NCBI RefSeq assembly: GCF_035268865.1
Contig: NZ_DATFKB010000024.1
Location: 967 to 64,966 of the forward strand
Length of the DNA: 64,000 nt
Reading direction: 5' to 3'
Origin: Salinivirga sp.
GTDB taxonomy: Bacteria > Bacteroidota > Bacteroidia > Bacteroidales > Salinivirgaceae
Below the pieces are notes generated by a model, which saw only the letters and a list, made by a program, of their open reading frames with translations, did no database searches and had not been told where the DNA came from. Each line of letters begins with the position of its first letter. Positions within the stretch are counted from its first letter, which is position 1. Below, piece after piece: positions 46,832 to 57,200 of the stretch. The position numbers and the translations under genes are program-made.

Positions 46832-47812
46832 ATGTCGGAAATAAAAGTTGAACCTATTGAAAAATATGGTTTAAGCGCAAAATCAAAACCCAAAAGCCAG
46901 TTTTCAACCATTGGAATAGTTGGTTGCGGTAATACTGGTCAGCGAATAGCACTGATGGTTGCAGGAAAAGGTATTGAAGTCGTTTTTCTTGAGTTAAGTC
47001 AGGCTAAAATAGATCAGGCCTTCGCAGAAATAACCGAAGAGCTCGACCATCAGATTAATCATTGGGGTATGACAGAGGGAGATAAGAGAAGTATCTTATC
47101 ACGTATTAAAGGTACCCTGGATTATGCTGATTTTCAGAATTGCGATCTCGTTATAGAATCGATTTTATCACGTACACGTGAAGAATCTGTAGATATCAGA
47201 AAAGAGGTCTTCAGAAATATTGAAAAGCATGTTTCTCCTCACGCAATTATTGCAACAAATTCTACTACACTTGTCATTACTGAGTTGGCAGCGGAGCTGG
47301 AACATAAAGACCGGTGTATTAGTCTGCATATTTCAACTACTGCGCCTGAGGCCAGTATAATTGAAATAGTAAAAGGATTGCATACATCCGATGAAATTTG
47401 CGAGGATGTAAGACGTTTTGCGAAACTAATTGGCAAAACTGCGATTCCTGTACAGGAATCTCCGGGATTGGTAACAGCCCGTTTGGCAGTATCTTTCATC
47501 AGTGAGGCTTGCGATGTACTCATGGAACGCGTGAGCGATATGGAAAGTATTGATTTCAGTATGCGTAATGGTCTGGGGCTGCCTTTAGGACCTTTCGAGA
47601 TGGCAGATAAAATAGGCCTCGATCGCGTAATACGATGGATGGATAACCTTTACGAAGAATTTGGAGACTACAAGTATAAACCATCACCAATACTGAAAAG
47701 GTTGGTTCGTGCAGGTTATCTTGGCCGTAAAACGCATAAAGGATTTTATGAGTATGATGAGAATGGCCAGAAGCTTAAAAAAAATATTATTGAAGCCAGT
47801 ACCGAAAAATAA
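46832..47812 (+). CDS. 3-hydroxyacyl-CoA dehydrogenase family protein, divergent
   Basis: GCGNTG Rossmann motif, DLVIES, GPFEMAD.IGLD, G.LGRK..KGFY. Confidence 0.8.
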   Translation: MSEIKVEPIEKYGLSAKSKPKSQFSTIGIVGCGNTGQRIALMVAGKGIEVVFLELSQAKIDQAFAEITEELDHQINHWGMTEGDKRSILSRIKGTLDYADFQNCDLVIESILSRTREESVDIRKEVFRNIEKHVSPHAIIATNSTTLVITELAAELEHKDRCISLHISTTAPEASIIEIVKGLHTSDEICEDVRRFAKLIGKTAIPVQESPGLVTARLAVSFISEACDVLMERVSDMESIDFSMRNGLGLPLGPFEMADKIGLDRVIRWMDNLYEEFGDYKYKPSPILKRLVRAGYLGRKTHKGFYEYDENGQKLKKNIIEASTEK

Positions 47813-47915
47813 ATTATAAACATCAGAATTTCAGCCCTTGGTAAGATTACAGCAAGAAATGCTAAAGTCTTTATAAATTGATCTTTCTAAGGCATGAAAT
47901 CAAAAAAATAATCAA

Positions 47916-49118
47916 ATGAAAGTCTTAGTTTTAAATTGCGGAAGTTCATCTATCAAATTCCAGCTCCTGGAAATGACTACCGAAGAACTAATTATTAAAG
48001 GTATTGTTGAAAAAATTGGTTTAAAAGGTTCTTTTCTTAAAAGTAAGCGTAATGATGGCGACGAGGTGAAACTAGAAGGTGAAATCCTTGATCACCAAAC
48101 CGGAATTGAATATATTCTTGGAGTGCTAATTAGTAAGGAACACGGTTCTATTAAAAGCCTTGATGAAATTGGAGCAGTGGGCCACAGAGTAGCTCATGGT
48201 GGCGAACATTTCAAAGAAAGTGCACTGCTGACAGAAGAGGCAATAGGCAAAATAGAGGAGTGTGCTGAACTGGCACCCTTGCACAACCCGGCCAACCTTA
48301 AAGGAATTTATGCCATTCAGTTATTAATTCCCAATGTAGAACAAGTTGCTGTTTTTGACACATCTTTCCATCAAACCATGCCAGCTCATGCCTACATGTA
48401 CGGAATACCACAAGCACTTTACGAAAAGTACGGTATTCGCCGTTACGGATTTCATGGAACAAGCCACCGGTTTGTTGCACAGGAAACATGCAAGATGCTC
48501 AAGATTAAAATGGAAACCCACAAAATTGTAACCTGCCATTTGGGTAATGGTGCTTCTGTTGCTGCTATAGATCGAGGTCAGTCAATAGATACTTCAATGG
48601 GTTTCACTCCTCTGGAAGGCCTAATTATGGGAACTCGTTCAGGCGATTTGGATGTAGGTGCTTTTATGTTTATCATGGAAAAAGAGGAAATTGGACTAAA
48701 ATCTGCCAATACATTAGTAAATAAGCACAGTGGTATGGTTGGTTTAACTGGAGTTAGTTCAGATATGCGAACCATCGAAGAAGCTGCCGAAAACGGAGAT
48801 GAACGGTGTGCTAATGCTTTAAAAGCCTACGATTATCGCATCAAAAAATATATAGGGTCATACACAGCAGCTATGAACGGGCTTGATGTACTCATTTTTA
48901 CAGGTGGAATAGGCGAAAACGCCGACACAACACGCCGTGGTGTTGCCAGTGATTTAGAGTACCTTGGAATAAAAATCGATCCTGAGAAAAACGACGGTTT
49001 GCGCGGTAAGCCAACAGTAATTAGTACCGATGACTCCAGGGTAAAAGTTGTTGTTATGCCAACAAACGAAGAGTTGGTAATTGCCAAGGATACTGTAAAT
49101 ATTGTGGAAAATAAATAA
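47916..49118 (+). CDS. ackA: Acetate kinase
   Basis: LNCGSSSIK, GHRVAHGG, APLHN, FDTSFH, YGFHGTSH, TGGIGEN, TNEE. Confidence 0.96.
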   Translation: MKVLVLNCGSSSIKFQLLEMTTEELIIKGIVEKIGLKGSFLKSKRNDGDEVKLEGEILDHQTGIEYILGVLISKEHGSIKSLDEIGAVGHRVAHGGEHFKESALLTEEAIGKIEECAELAPLHNPANLKGIYAIQLLIPNVEQVAVFDTSFHQTMPAHAYMYGIPQALYEKYGIRRYGFHGTSHRFVAQETCKMLKIKMETHKIVTCHLGNGASVAAIDRGQSIDTSMGFTPLEGLIMGTRSGDLDVGAFMFIMEKEEIGLKSANTLVNKHSGMVGLTGVSSDMRTIEEAAENGDERCANALKAYDYRIKKYIGSYTAAMNGLDVLIFTGGIGENADTTRRGVASDLEYLGIKIDPEKNDGLRGKPTVISTDDSRVKVVVMPTNEELVIAKDTVNIVENK

Positions 49119-49136
49119 CGTAAAACTCAATATATA

Positions 49137-50039
49137 ATGATTAAGAAGCTCGATCAAATGTTTGATGCCCTGAAAAATCAGGACAGGAAAAAACTAGTTG
49201 CTGCCTGGGCCAACGATGCACATACAATCGGTGCTGTAAGCGAAGCTATTGATAAAGGTATAGTCGATGGCATATTGGTAGGCGATCAACAAGTTATTAA
49301 ACAAACATGTGAAAGCGAAGGAATTGACATCAGTAAATTCACTATTGTGCACGTCGATACTGACGTTGAAGCTGCCAATAAATCAGTAGAAATGGTGGCC
49401 AATGGAGATGGCGATGTACTTATGAAAGGCCTTCTGAGTACTGATAAATATATGCGGGGTATTCTGAATAAAGAATATGGTTTACTCCCTCCGAAAGGTA
49501 TTCTGAGCCACGTTACCGTTATCCAGAATCCAAAATACCATAAACTTCTGATTGTGGGGGATGTTGCTGTTATTCCGCAGCCAGACTTAAAACAAAAGAT
49601 TGCCATAACCAACTACCTGATTCACGCAGCCAAATCATTAGGTGTAGAAAAACCAAAAGTTGCAGCTATATCTGCTTCGGAGCAGGTTATTGCTGATTTG
49701 CCGTCCTCATCTGAAGCTACTATTCTGGCAAAAATGTCGGAACGTGGCCAAATTAAGGGGGGTATTGTCGAGGGCCCATTAGCACTCGATCTTGCTGTTG
49801 ATAAAGCATCAGCTCAAGTCAAAAAAATCGATAGCGAAGTGGCCGGCGATGCGGACTGCCTGCTTTTTCCGAATATTGAATCAGGAAATGTTTTTTACAA
49901 AACAAGTACGAAATTATCTGACACAGAACTGGGTGCAGTAGTGGCAGGAGCAAAGGTGCCGGCTGTATTGTCATCGAGGGGTGACAGTACGCAGACCAAA
50001 TTGTACTCTATTGCCCTGGCGGCCTTGATGTCAAAATAA
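49137..50039 (+). CDS. ptb: Phosphate butyryltransferase family
   Basis: LMKG, LSHV, GPLALD.A, P.IESGN, SRGDS. Confidence 0.85.
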   Translation: MIKKLDQMFDALKNQDRKKLVAAWANDAHTIGAVSEAIDKGIVDGILVGDQQVIKQTCESEGIDISKFTIVHVDTDVEAANKSVEMVANGDGDVLMKGLLSTDKYMRGILNKEYGLLPPKGILSHVTVIQNPKYHKLLIVGDVAVIPQPDLKQKIAITNYLIHAAKSLGVEKPKVAAISASEQVIADLPSSSEATILAKMSERGQIKGGIVEGPLALDLAVDKASAQVKKIDSEVAGDADCLLFPNIESGNVFYKTSTKLSDTELGAVVAGAKVPAVLSSRGDSTQTKLYSIALAALMSK

Positions 50040-50048
50040 TAAAATTGT

Positions 50049-50078
50049 AAACAGGGACTTCTTCGGAATTCCCTGTTT
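50049..50078. terminator. Intergenic hairpin between the two ptb genes
   Basis: AAACAGGGA...TCCCTGTTT. Confidence 0.5.
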
Positions 50079-50097
50079 GCTTTTAAAAGTGCAGCTT

Positions 50098-51015
50098 ATG
50101 AAACCAATCCGAAAACTCGACCAAATGGTTGAGTATTTAAAAAGCAAAGGAGAAAAAAAACGCATAGCTGTGGCCAATGCACAGGATACAAATACCATTG
50201 GAGCTTTAGCAGAGGCTGTGAAAAACGGTTTTGCAGAAGCATTAATGGTTGGCCCTAAAAGCGAAATTGAAAGCGCAGCAAGGCAACAAAATATTGATCC
50301 CGGTATTTTTCAAATCATTGATATTAAAGATGAAACTGAGGCCACATTTCATGCAAGAAAACTTGTTAAAAATGACGAGGCAGATGTATTAATGAAAGGG
50401 CTCGTAGGGACAGATAAGTTTTTAAAGGCAGTTCTTGATAAAAAAGACGGGCTGTTGCCACCAAAAGCTGTGATGAGTTATGTGTGTGCAATTGAATTGC
50501 CTAAATATCACAAACTTTTGTTTGTTACCGATACTGCAGTATTACCCTTTCCCGATTTGAAACAGAAGGTGGCCATGCTTAATTATAGCGTCCAAATGGC
50601 CAATAAGTTTGGTGTTGAAAAGCCCAAGGTAGCCCTTATTGGAGCATCTGAAAAAGTTAGCGAAGGGTTTCCCAATAGTATCGATTATGCTATGATTAGC
50701 AAAATGGCTGAGCGTGGGCAAACCAAACCATGCATTGCCGATGGCCCGCTGGATGTGTTTTTGGCATGCGACCCCGAAAGTGTAAAAATAAAAGGAGTAA
50801 ACACGCCCGTAGGAGGTGATGCTGATGTGCTTTTATTCCCAACACTGGAGGCATGCAATAGTTTTTATAAAGGTTTAATGTTGTTTGGCGGTGGTGAACT
50901 GGCCGGACTAATCCAGGGCACAGAAAAACCCGTTGTTGTAATGTCGAGAAGTGAAAGTGCGAAATCAAAGTTTTATTGTGTGGCCCTTTCATGTTTAATG
51001 AGCGAAAATAATTAG
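50098..51015 (+). CDS. ptb: Second phosphate butyryltransferase family protein
   Basis: LMKGLV, DGPLD, SRSES; paralog of the upstream gene. Confidence 0.8.
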   Translation: MKPIRKLDQMVEYLKSKGEKKRIAVANAQDTNTIGALAEAVKNGFAEALMVGPKSEIESAARQQNIDPGIFQIIDIKDETEATFHARKLVKNDEADVLMKGLVGTDKFLKAVLDKKDGLLPPKAVMSYVCAIELPKYHKLLFVTDTAVLPFPDLKQKVAMLNYSVQMANKFGVEKPKVALIGASEKVSEGFPNSIDYAMISKMAERGQTKPCIADGPLDVFLACDPESVKIKGVNTPVGGDADVLLFPTLEACNSFYKGLMLFGGGELAGLIQGTEKPVVVMSRSESAKSKFYCVALSCLMSENN

Positions 51016-51032
51016 TAAAAAACCAAATAGAT

Positions 51033-52112
51033 ATGGATTGCTGTTACAGAATTCTGGCTATCAATCCCGGATCAACATCCACAAAGATAGCCGTTTATGA
51101 AAACGACAAATCGTTATTCCTCAAAACCCTAAGGCATAATTGCGACGAACTCGAAAAATTTGAGAAAGTTGCTGATGAATTTCAGTTCAGAAAAGATATC
51201 ATTCTGCAAGAACTTGCTAATGCCGAAATAGAAATAGAATCATTAAGTGCTATCGTCGGACGAGGCGGACTAATAAAGCCTGTTGAAGGTGGTTGTTATG
51301 TTGTGAATGATAGGATGATAGAAGATTTAAAAAAGGCTGAGCGCGGTGAACACGCCTCAAACCTGGGTGCATTGATTGCACACAACATTGCCCGGGAAGT
51401 GAAAGATGCACAGGCATTTATTGCCGATCCTGTGGTTGTTGATGAATTACAGGATGTGGCACGTTTTGCTGGTCACCCAAAGTTTGAACGGAAATCTATT
51501 TTCCATGCACTCAACCAGAAAGCAATCGGAAGAATTCATGCCCGTTCAATGCACAAAAAATATCACGATTTGAATTTTATCGTTGCGCATATGGGTGGCG
51601 GTATTTCAGTTGGTGCACATCGTAAGGGTAAAGTAATAGATGTGAATAACGCCCTTGACGGAGAAGGTCCTTTTTCACCCGAACGTACCGGAACACTACC
51701 TGCTGGTGATTTGGCCAAACTCTGCTTTAGCGGCGAATTTACCCTTGAAGATGTGAAAAAAATGATTAAAGGGAAAGGCGGATTAGTAGCCTATATGGAT
51801 ACAAATGATGCCTATAGCGTAGAGAAAGCAGCTGGCAGTGGTGATGAAAAAGCGAAAATTGTTCAGGATGCAATGTGCTATCAGGTAGGCAAAGCAATAG
51901 GAGAGATGTCGGCTGTACTAAAAGGAGAAGTCGACGCCATATTACTGACCGGAGGAATTGCACATAACAAATATTTAGTTGATTATGTGCGCGAAATGGT
52001 GGGATTTGTTGCCCCGATTGTAGTTTATGCCGGAGAAGATGAAATGAAGGCGCTGGCAACAAATGCTTTATACGCACTAACAAACGAAATTGAAATAAAA
52101 GAGTATAAATAA
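51033..52112 (+). CDS. buk: Butyrate kinase
   Basis: INPGSTSTK, GEHASNLG, HMGGGIS, TGGIAH, GEDEM.ALA. Confidence 0.93.
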   Translation: MDCCYRILAINPGSTSTKIAVYENDKSLFLKTLRHNCDELEKFEKVADEFQFRKDIILQELANAEIEIESLSAIVGRGGLIKPVEGGCYVVNDRMIEDLKKAERGEHASNLGALIAHNIAREVKDAQAFIADPVVVDELQDVARFAGHPKFERKSIFHALNQKAIGRIHARSMHKKYHDLNFIVAHMGGGISVGAHRKGKVIDVNNALDGEGPFSPERTGTLPAGDLAKLCFSGEFTLEDVKKMIKGKGGLVAYMDTNDAYSVEKAAGSGDEKAKIVQDAMCYQVGKAIGEMSAVLKGEVDAILLTGGIAHNKYLVDYVREMVGFVAPIVVYAGEDEMKALATNALYALTNEIEIKEYK

Positions 52113-52199
52113 TAAGTTTATATAACCAGTTCAATAAAACCAACCAGCTAGTGCATTAATTTTTAATGTGCTAATTTTAAAAGACTGTAAACAAATTGC

Positions 52200-52231
52200 A
52201 AAGGGGTCTGTTTAAACGACAGCCCCTTTTT
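52200..52231 (+). terminator. Intrinsic terminator of the pta-ackA-ptb-buk cluster
   Basis: AAAGGGGTCTGT...ACAGCCCCTTTTT. Confidence 0.7.
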
Positions 52232-52469
52232 CATTATGATGCATTTGTAAGTAGAACTAAAATTGCACAGTTAGGGAAAACTAAAGGTGTGTTTATCGGA
52301 ATTATTTGTTAATTAATCGAAAAAGACTGTAGGGTAGTCAAATGCAGGGCAAATAATTTTTTTCTTAATAATTTGTTTGTAAATTTGTACGAAACAGATG
52401 CAAACTTAGAGTGTCAATAATCTGTTAATGATTGTAGGGGGTTGATATTCAATAGTTTAAGATTTACTT

Positions 52470-53414
52470 ATGAGTTCAAATACAAGATACTATCTTGATC
52501 CACATACATTAACCTATAAACCTGTAAAGAAAAACAGGAAACTTTTTTATAGAACAACCCTCTGGGTATCTTCTATAATTTTTGTCTTATCCATAAGCGC
52601 ATTTATATTTTTAAATAGCTATCGCTTAACTCCCCATGAATGGATACTTTCCAAGCAAAATGAAAGATTAGCCGAAGAAATTATTGAAAAGAAAGATGCT
52701 ATTTTCGCTTTGCGCGATACCTTGGTAGATATAGAAGAGAATGATGATATAATTTACCGCCCATTTGCCGAAATAAAGCCTATTCCCAAAGATATAAGGG
52801 AGGCAGGTTTTGGTGGTGTTGATCGCTACCGTGAATTTGCAGGAATGGAGTATGCCGACGATTTAAGTTCAGTGTTCCGGGAGTTTGATAAGCTTAAAAA
52901 GCAAATAGAAATACAAAAAAAATCATTCAATGAGGTTGAAAGTTTGGTGCAATATATTGATGAGTTTTATGCAGCAAAACCCGCAATAAGACCAATATCA
53001 CAAAAAGACGAGATTTATATTTCTTCATACTATGGCAGAAGACTGCATCCAATTTATAAACGATGGAAAATGCACCATGGAATCGATTATGCGGCGCAAA
53101 TCGGTAGTCCCGTTTACTCCACAGGTAAAGGCATCGTTAAAGCAGCTTATTATGCCTCAGGCTACGGCAAGGTAGTCAAAGTGGACCATGGGTTTGGTTA
53201 TCTTTCAATTTATGCTCACCTTAATAAATATATTGTTAAGAAAGGTGATACCATAGGCAGAGGGCAGTTAGTTGGTTATGTGGGGAACACCGGTAGCTCA
53301 ACCGGGCCACACCTTCACTATGAAATTAGAAAAAACAATCAAACCCAAAATCCGTTATATTTTTATATGGACGATCTGGAACCATATGAATATGACAGGA
53401 TCGTTTCTAAATAG
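52470..53414 (+). CDS. M23 family metallopeptidase
   Basis: N-terminal TM and coiled coil, HHGID, YAHL, GPHLHYE. Confidence 0.92.
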   Translation: MSSNTRYYLDPHTLTYKPVKKNRKLFYRTTLWVSSIIFVLSISAFIFLNSYRLTPHEWILSKQNERLAEEIIEKKDAIFALRDTLVDIEENDDIIYRPFAEIKPIPKDIREAGFGGVDRYREFAGMEYADDLSSVFREFDKLKKQIEIQKKSFNEVESLVQYIDEFYAAKPAIRPISQKDEIYISSYYGRRLHPIYKRWKMHHGIDYAAQIGSPVYSTGKGIVKAAYYASGYGKVVKVDHGFGYLSIYAHLNKYIVKKGDTIGRGQLVGYVGNTGSSTGPHLHYEIRKNNQTQNPLYFYMDDLEPYEYDRIVSK

Positions 53415-53447
53415 GCGTTTTGTACAACCTCTAAATTACTGCTGCAT

Positions 53448-54167
53448 ATGGAGAAAAAATTTATCGAAAGGTATGGTAGCCTTAAAAAGATAGAACCATT
53501 GAAATCTATCACCGACGACGCTGTGTTGCCAAATACACTTGCGTTTGAATGCCCTTCCCCTTTTCCTGGTTATTACGGTTCAAAGCCAACAGAAGAAATT
53601 CCACTATATGTTTATTTTATTTTGGATGGGTATCTGCATTTGGAAGATTTGTTACTGATTAAAGAAGATATTAAAAAGGTAGTGGATTTTGACTTTCATG
53701 CTACCATTTGTGCGCTTGAGTTTTTTGACGAAACCTTCAACGCGATAAGAGTCAGGCATGTAGAAGATTATTCTAAATTGCGTAAGTTACAACAATTATT
53801 AGTTGAGCACGGAATCCATTTTCATAAGAAGTCCAGGAAGTACAAATACATTGAAGATGCATTTATACGAATTAAGAAATTTTTCCAATTGGAAGAAATA
53901 GAGCCTGGTCTCTTCTTCGACCTTGTAGAGCATGACCATGGTTATATCAAGATTGATCAGCATCTTGAGATGAATGATTTTCTTGAAATAGCCAGGCAGG
54001 TCGACTATAACCTGGACATTATTGATTACGATGCTGCTTTGGCCTCCTATTTTGAAGACTATAAAGTGCATGATATGATCAGAATTTATACCGAAAAGAT
54101 CGGCAAAGAGCTGCTTCAAAATATAAAGGTCGAATATGAGAAGAAAATTAGGAAATTGTTGAGCTGA
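53448..54167 (+). CDS. Hypothetical protein
   Basis: 239-aa ORF with normal composition, followed by a terminator. Confidence 0.65.
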   Translation: MEKKFIERYGSLKKIEPLKSITDDAVLPNTLAFECPSPFPGYYGSKPTEEIPLYVYFILDGYLHLEDLLLIKEDIKKVVDFDFHATICALEFFDETFNAIRVRHVEDYSKLRKLQQLLVEHGIHFHKKSRKYKYIEDAFIRIKKFFQLEEIEPGLFFDLVEHDHGYIKIDQHLEMNDFLEIARQVDYNLDIIDYDAALASYFEDYKVHDMIRIYTEKIGKELLQNIKVEYEKKIRKLLS

Positions 54168-54175
54168 AAAACGTT

Positions 54176-54212
54176 AAAAAAGCTGCCCCCTAAAAGGAGC
54201 AGCTTTTTTTTT
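54176..54212. terminator. Bidirectional intrinsic terminator
   Basis: AAAAAAGCTGC.CC...GGAGCAGCTTTTTTTTT. Confidence 0.75.
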
Positions 54213-54259
54213 ACTTCAAATGTCTCGTCCTGAAATAGCGTTACACAAAAAGTAATGTT

Positions 54260-54694
54260 ATGAATGAAAAATCTGAAAGTAAGTATGTTAAAAGAACGCA
54301 AAAGGATTATTCTTACTCCTTTAAATTAGCAGTTGTCCAAGAGTTCGAATCTGGACAAATAAGCAAGGGAGAGTTAAAGCGTAAATATGGAATCCAAGGA
54401 GATTCCACCATAAGGAATTGGTTAGAAAAATATGGTACCTTTGATTGGGCTAATAAAACTCCAGGTACTATGCCAAAAACACCAGAACAAAAACTTTTGG
54501 AACTTGAACAGAAAGTACGCCTATTAGAAAAGCAGAAGAAAGAGTTGGAGCAACAAGTTGAGAAATCCGATAAAAAGGCCATACTTTTTGATATGATGAT
54601 CGATATAGCAGAAAAAGAGTTTAACATACCGATCAGAAAAAAATCCTTACCCGGGCAATCGAAACCTACCAAGAAGAATACAAAGAAGCAATAG
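54260..54694 (+). CDS. IS3 OrfA (HTH + coiled coil)
   Basis: YS.SFKL.VV, KYGI.G.STIR.W, leucine-zipper-like segment. Confidence 0.88.
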   Translation: MNEKSESKYVKRTQKDYSYSFKLAVVQEFESGQISKGELKRKYGIQGDSTIRNWLEKYGTFDWANKTPGTMPKTPEQKLLELEQKVRLLEKQKKELEQQVEKSDKKAILFDMMIDIAEKEFNIPIRKKSLPGQSKPTKKNTKKQ

Positions 54695-55557
54695 CTTCTA
54701 CCTGTAGATTACTCGGGGTAAATAGGCAGGTTTATTACCGGGCCAAAAGGAAAGAAAAGAGCAGAAGGTTAGTAGCTCAACAAGTTGTTGAATTAGTTAC
54801 TCAAGTTAGAGTTCAAATGCCCAAACTCGGAACCAGAAAGCTATATCATCTCCTTCGTCCACAACTTAAGGGTTTAGGTGTTGGCAGAGATCGATTATTT
54901 CAAATATTAAAAGCAAATTACATGTTGATAAAACCCCAAAGACAATACCATATTACAACAGACTCACATCATCATTTTCGAAAGCACAAAAACCTTGTTG
55001 AAGGTTTATATATTCACCGACCAGAGCAAGTCTGGGTGTCAGATATAACATATATTTGTACAAGAAAAAATCCAATGTATTTATTTTTAGTAACGGATGC
55101 ATATTCAAAAAAAATAATGGGATATACCGTTTCTGAAAGTCTAGCTTCAAATGGAGCTTTATCAGCTCTTGAGTCGGCCTTGAAAAATAGAAATTATAAG
55201 GATAAAGTATTGATACATCATTCTGATAGAGGTCTTCAGTATTGTTGTCATGAATATCAAGATATGCTTAAAAAGCATAATATTAGATGTAGCATGACTG
55301 AAAAATATGACCCTTATCAAAATGCAATTGCTGAAAGAGTTAATGGTATATTAAAACATGAATTCATCAATGGCATAAGTATTATCGATAAAGAGCTTTG
55401 GAGGCTCTTTATCGATAACTCGATTGGTATCTATAATAGTCAAAGACCTCATTATTCCTGTTATATGCTAACTCCAGATCAGATGCACAAACAAAATGAA
55501 ATTCAAATGAGAACATATAAAAAAAGTGAGAATGAAATTAATCCCATTCTCACTTAA
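54637..55557 (+). CDS. IS3 OrfB DDE transposase, likely fused to OrfA by -1 frameshift
   Basis: A7 run at 54637-54643; the -1 frame is open through CRLLGVNRQVYYR into WVSDITY / HSDRG.QY / NAIAER. Confidence 0.85.
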   Translation, partial: KKILTRAIETYQEEYKEAIASTCRLLGVNRQVYYRAKRKEKSRRLVAQQVVELVTQVRVQMPKLGTRKLYHLLRPQLKGLGVGRDRLFQILKANYMLIKPQRQYHITTDSHHHFRKHKNLVEGLYIHRPEQVWVSDITYICTRKNPMYLFLVTDAYSKKIMGYTVSESLASNGALSALESALKNRNYKDKVLIHHSDRGLQYCCHEYQDMLKKHNIRCSMTEKYDPYQNAIAERVNGILKHEFINGISIIDKELWRLFIDNSIGIYNSQRPHYSCYMLTPDQMHKQNEIQMRTYKKSENEINPILT

Positions 55558-55621
55558 TATTGTATTTTTAATCCATTAAAACCTGTAACGGTTATTTAGG
55601 ACTAGTCAACATTGTAATACA

Positions 55622-57187
55622 TTATTTTTTCCTTTTTTCGTATTGAAAAAAGCTTATGAGCTCAATGAGTTGTTCAGCCTGGGAAGATAGTTCCTCAGCA
55701 CTGCTCGAAAGCTCCTCGCTTGAACTGGCGTTTTGTTGCGCCACATTGTTTAGTTGCTGAACAGCTTTGTTTACCTCTTCAACACCACGTTTTTGTTCGT
55801 CACTTGCTGCAGAAATTTCTTTAACGAGTTCGGATGTTTTCTGTACTTCCGGCATCAGCTCATTCAATGAGTTTTCTGATTCTTCGGTAATTTTTAGGCT
55901 GTCTGAAGATAGTCCGATAATTTCATCTGCCGAGGCTTTACTTTTCTCAGCAAGTTTGCGAACTTCAGCAGCTACCACAGCAAAGCCTTTTCCGTGCTCG
56001 CCCGCTCTGGCCGCCTCTACTGCAGCATTGAGCGCCAGAATGTTGGTTTGTGCTGCGATATCGTTAATTACATTGATTTTTTCTGCAATCATACGCATCG
56101 ATTCCAGGCTCTTGTGGCTCGATTCTGCCATTTGTTGCATGCTCTGATTCGATCTTTCTGATATCTTTTCTGTTTCTGCTGCATTGTTGGCATTTTGCTG
56201 TATGTTGGCTGTTACCTGCTCAATGGTCGATGAAACCTCTTCAATTGAAGATGCCTGCTCATTGGCACCCTGGGCTATTGATTGTGACCCTGAACTTATT
56301 TGATCGCTTGCAGAAGAAATTTCTTTGGCTCCTCCGTTGATGGAACTTACTATTTCGCGCAATTGTTTCACCATTTTTCGCATACTATCAGCAAGGTTGC
56401 CAACTTCATCGTTATTGTTTATGTCAAACTTAACCGATAGCGCTCCAGTGGCAATTTTGTCTGCTATATGAGAAATCCGAACAATTGGTTTTGCCAGTCT
56501 TCTTCCCAGAAATAGAGCGGCTGCAAATGTAATGATTAACAATACTACCAATGTTGAAATGAGCCAGGTCATAAGCTGTTGATACGATTTTTTTGTGTCT
56601 TCAACATAAGTGGCTAACGTTTCTTCTATATCGTCAATATAGTTTCCTGTACCTACAGCCCAATCGAAAGGTTCAAAATATAAACTGTATCCTCTTTTAG
56701 GTAGCGGTTCGTCAGATCCGGCTTTGGGAAACCAATAATCGGTATATCCGCCACCTGATTTTGCCGCGTCAATAATTTCGCGAATAAGGTATTTCCCATT
56801 TACATCCTGTAAATCCATTCGGTTCTTACCCTCTGCATCTTTTCCAAGCAATACCACATTTGTTCCGTCTGACCGGTCGGCCCAGAAATATCCTTCTTTA
56901 CCGTAGCGTAACTCTCTCAAGATATTTGCACCAAGGATTTTGGCACTATCCTGACTTATTATGCCGCGTACACTTAGTTGATGAACCTGCTCCAGCATCG
57001 AGACAGCTGTTTCTACTTCAGATTTTATTAAGTTGTCATAATCTGTGTAGAGCAGTTCTCTTAATTGTTTTATATCCTTTTCATTCTTATTGGAAGAAAT
57101 TATTCCGATAATGAGGCCTGAGACAAGCGCCACAAAAAGCGCACTTACAACGGCCAGCAGAATAATTTTGTTGGTTATTTTATTCAT
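55622..57187 (-). CDS. Methyl-accepting chemotaxis protein with Cache_2-type sensor
   Basis: [44 protein letters not shown]. Confidence 0.93.
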   Translation of the reverse strand: MNKITNKIILLAVVSALFVALVSGLIIGIISSNKNEKDIKQLRELLYTDYDNLIKSEVETAVSMLEQVHQLSVRGIISQDSAKILGANILRELRYGKEGYFWADRSDGTNVVLLGKDAEGKNRMDLQDVNGKYLIREIIDAAKSGGGYTDYWFPKAGSDEPLPKRGYSLYFEPFDWAVGTGNYIDDIEETLATYVEDTKKSYQQLMTWLISTLVVLLIITFAAALFLGRRLAKPIVRISHIADKIATGALSVKFDINNNDEVGNLADSMRKMVKQLREIVSSINGGAKEISSASDQISSGSQSIAQGANEQASSIEEVSSTIEQVTANIQQNANNAAETEKISERSNQSMQQMAESSHKSLESMRMIAEKINVINDIAAQTNILALNAAVEAARAGEHGKGFAVVAAEVRKLAEKSKASADEIIGLSSDSLKITEESENSLNELMPEVQKTSELVKEISAASDEQKRGVEEVNKAVQQLNNVAQQNASSSEELSSSAEELSSQAEQLIELISFFQYEKRKK

Positions 57188-57200
57188 AACGAGCCTTTTT

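Larger units (their letters stand above)
54221..55608 (+). mobile_element. IS3-family insertion sequence (1388 bp)
   Basis: Left TIR TGTCTCGTCCTGAAATAGCGTTACA; reverse complement of right TIR TGACTAGTCCTAAATAACCGTTACA; TG...CA ends; orfA/orfB layout. Confidence 0.92.

Noticed and set aside
54637-54817. Break between the IS ORFs as an inactivating frameshift
   Set aside because: It matches the programmed -1 frameshift (A7 run) typical of IS3 elements.
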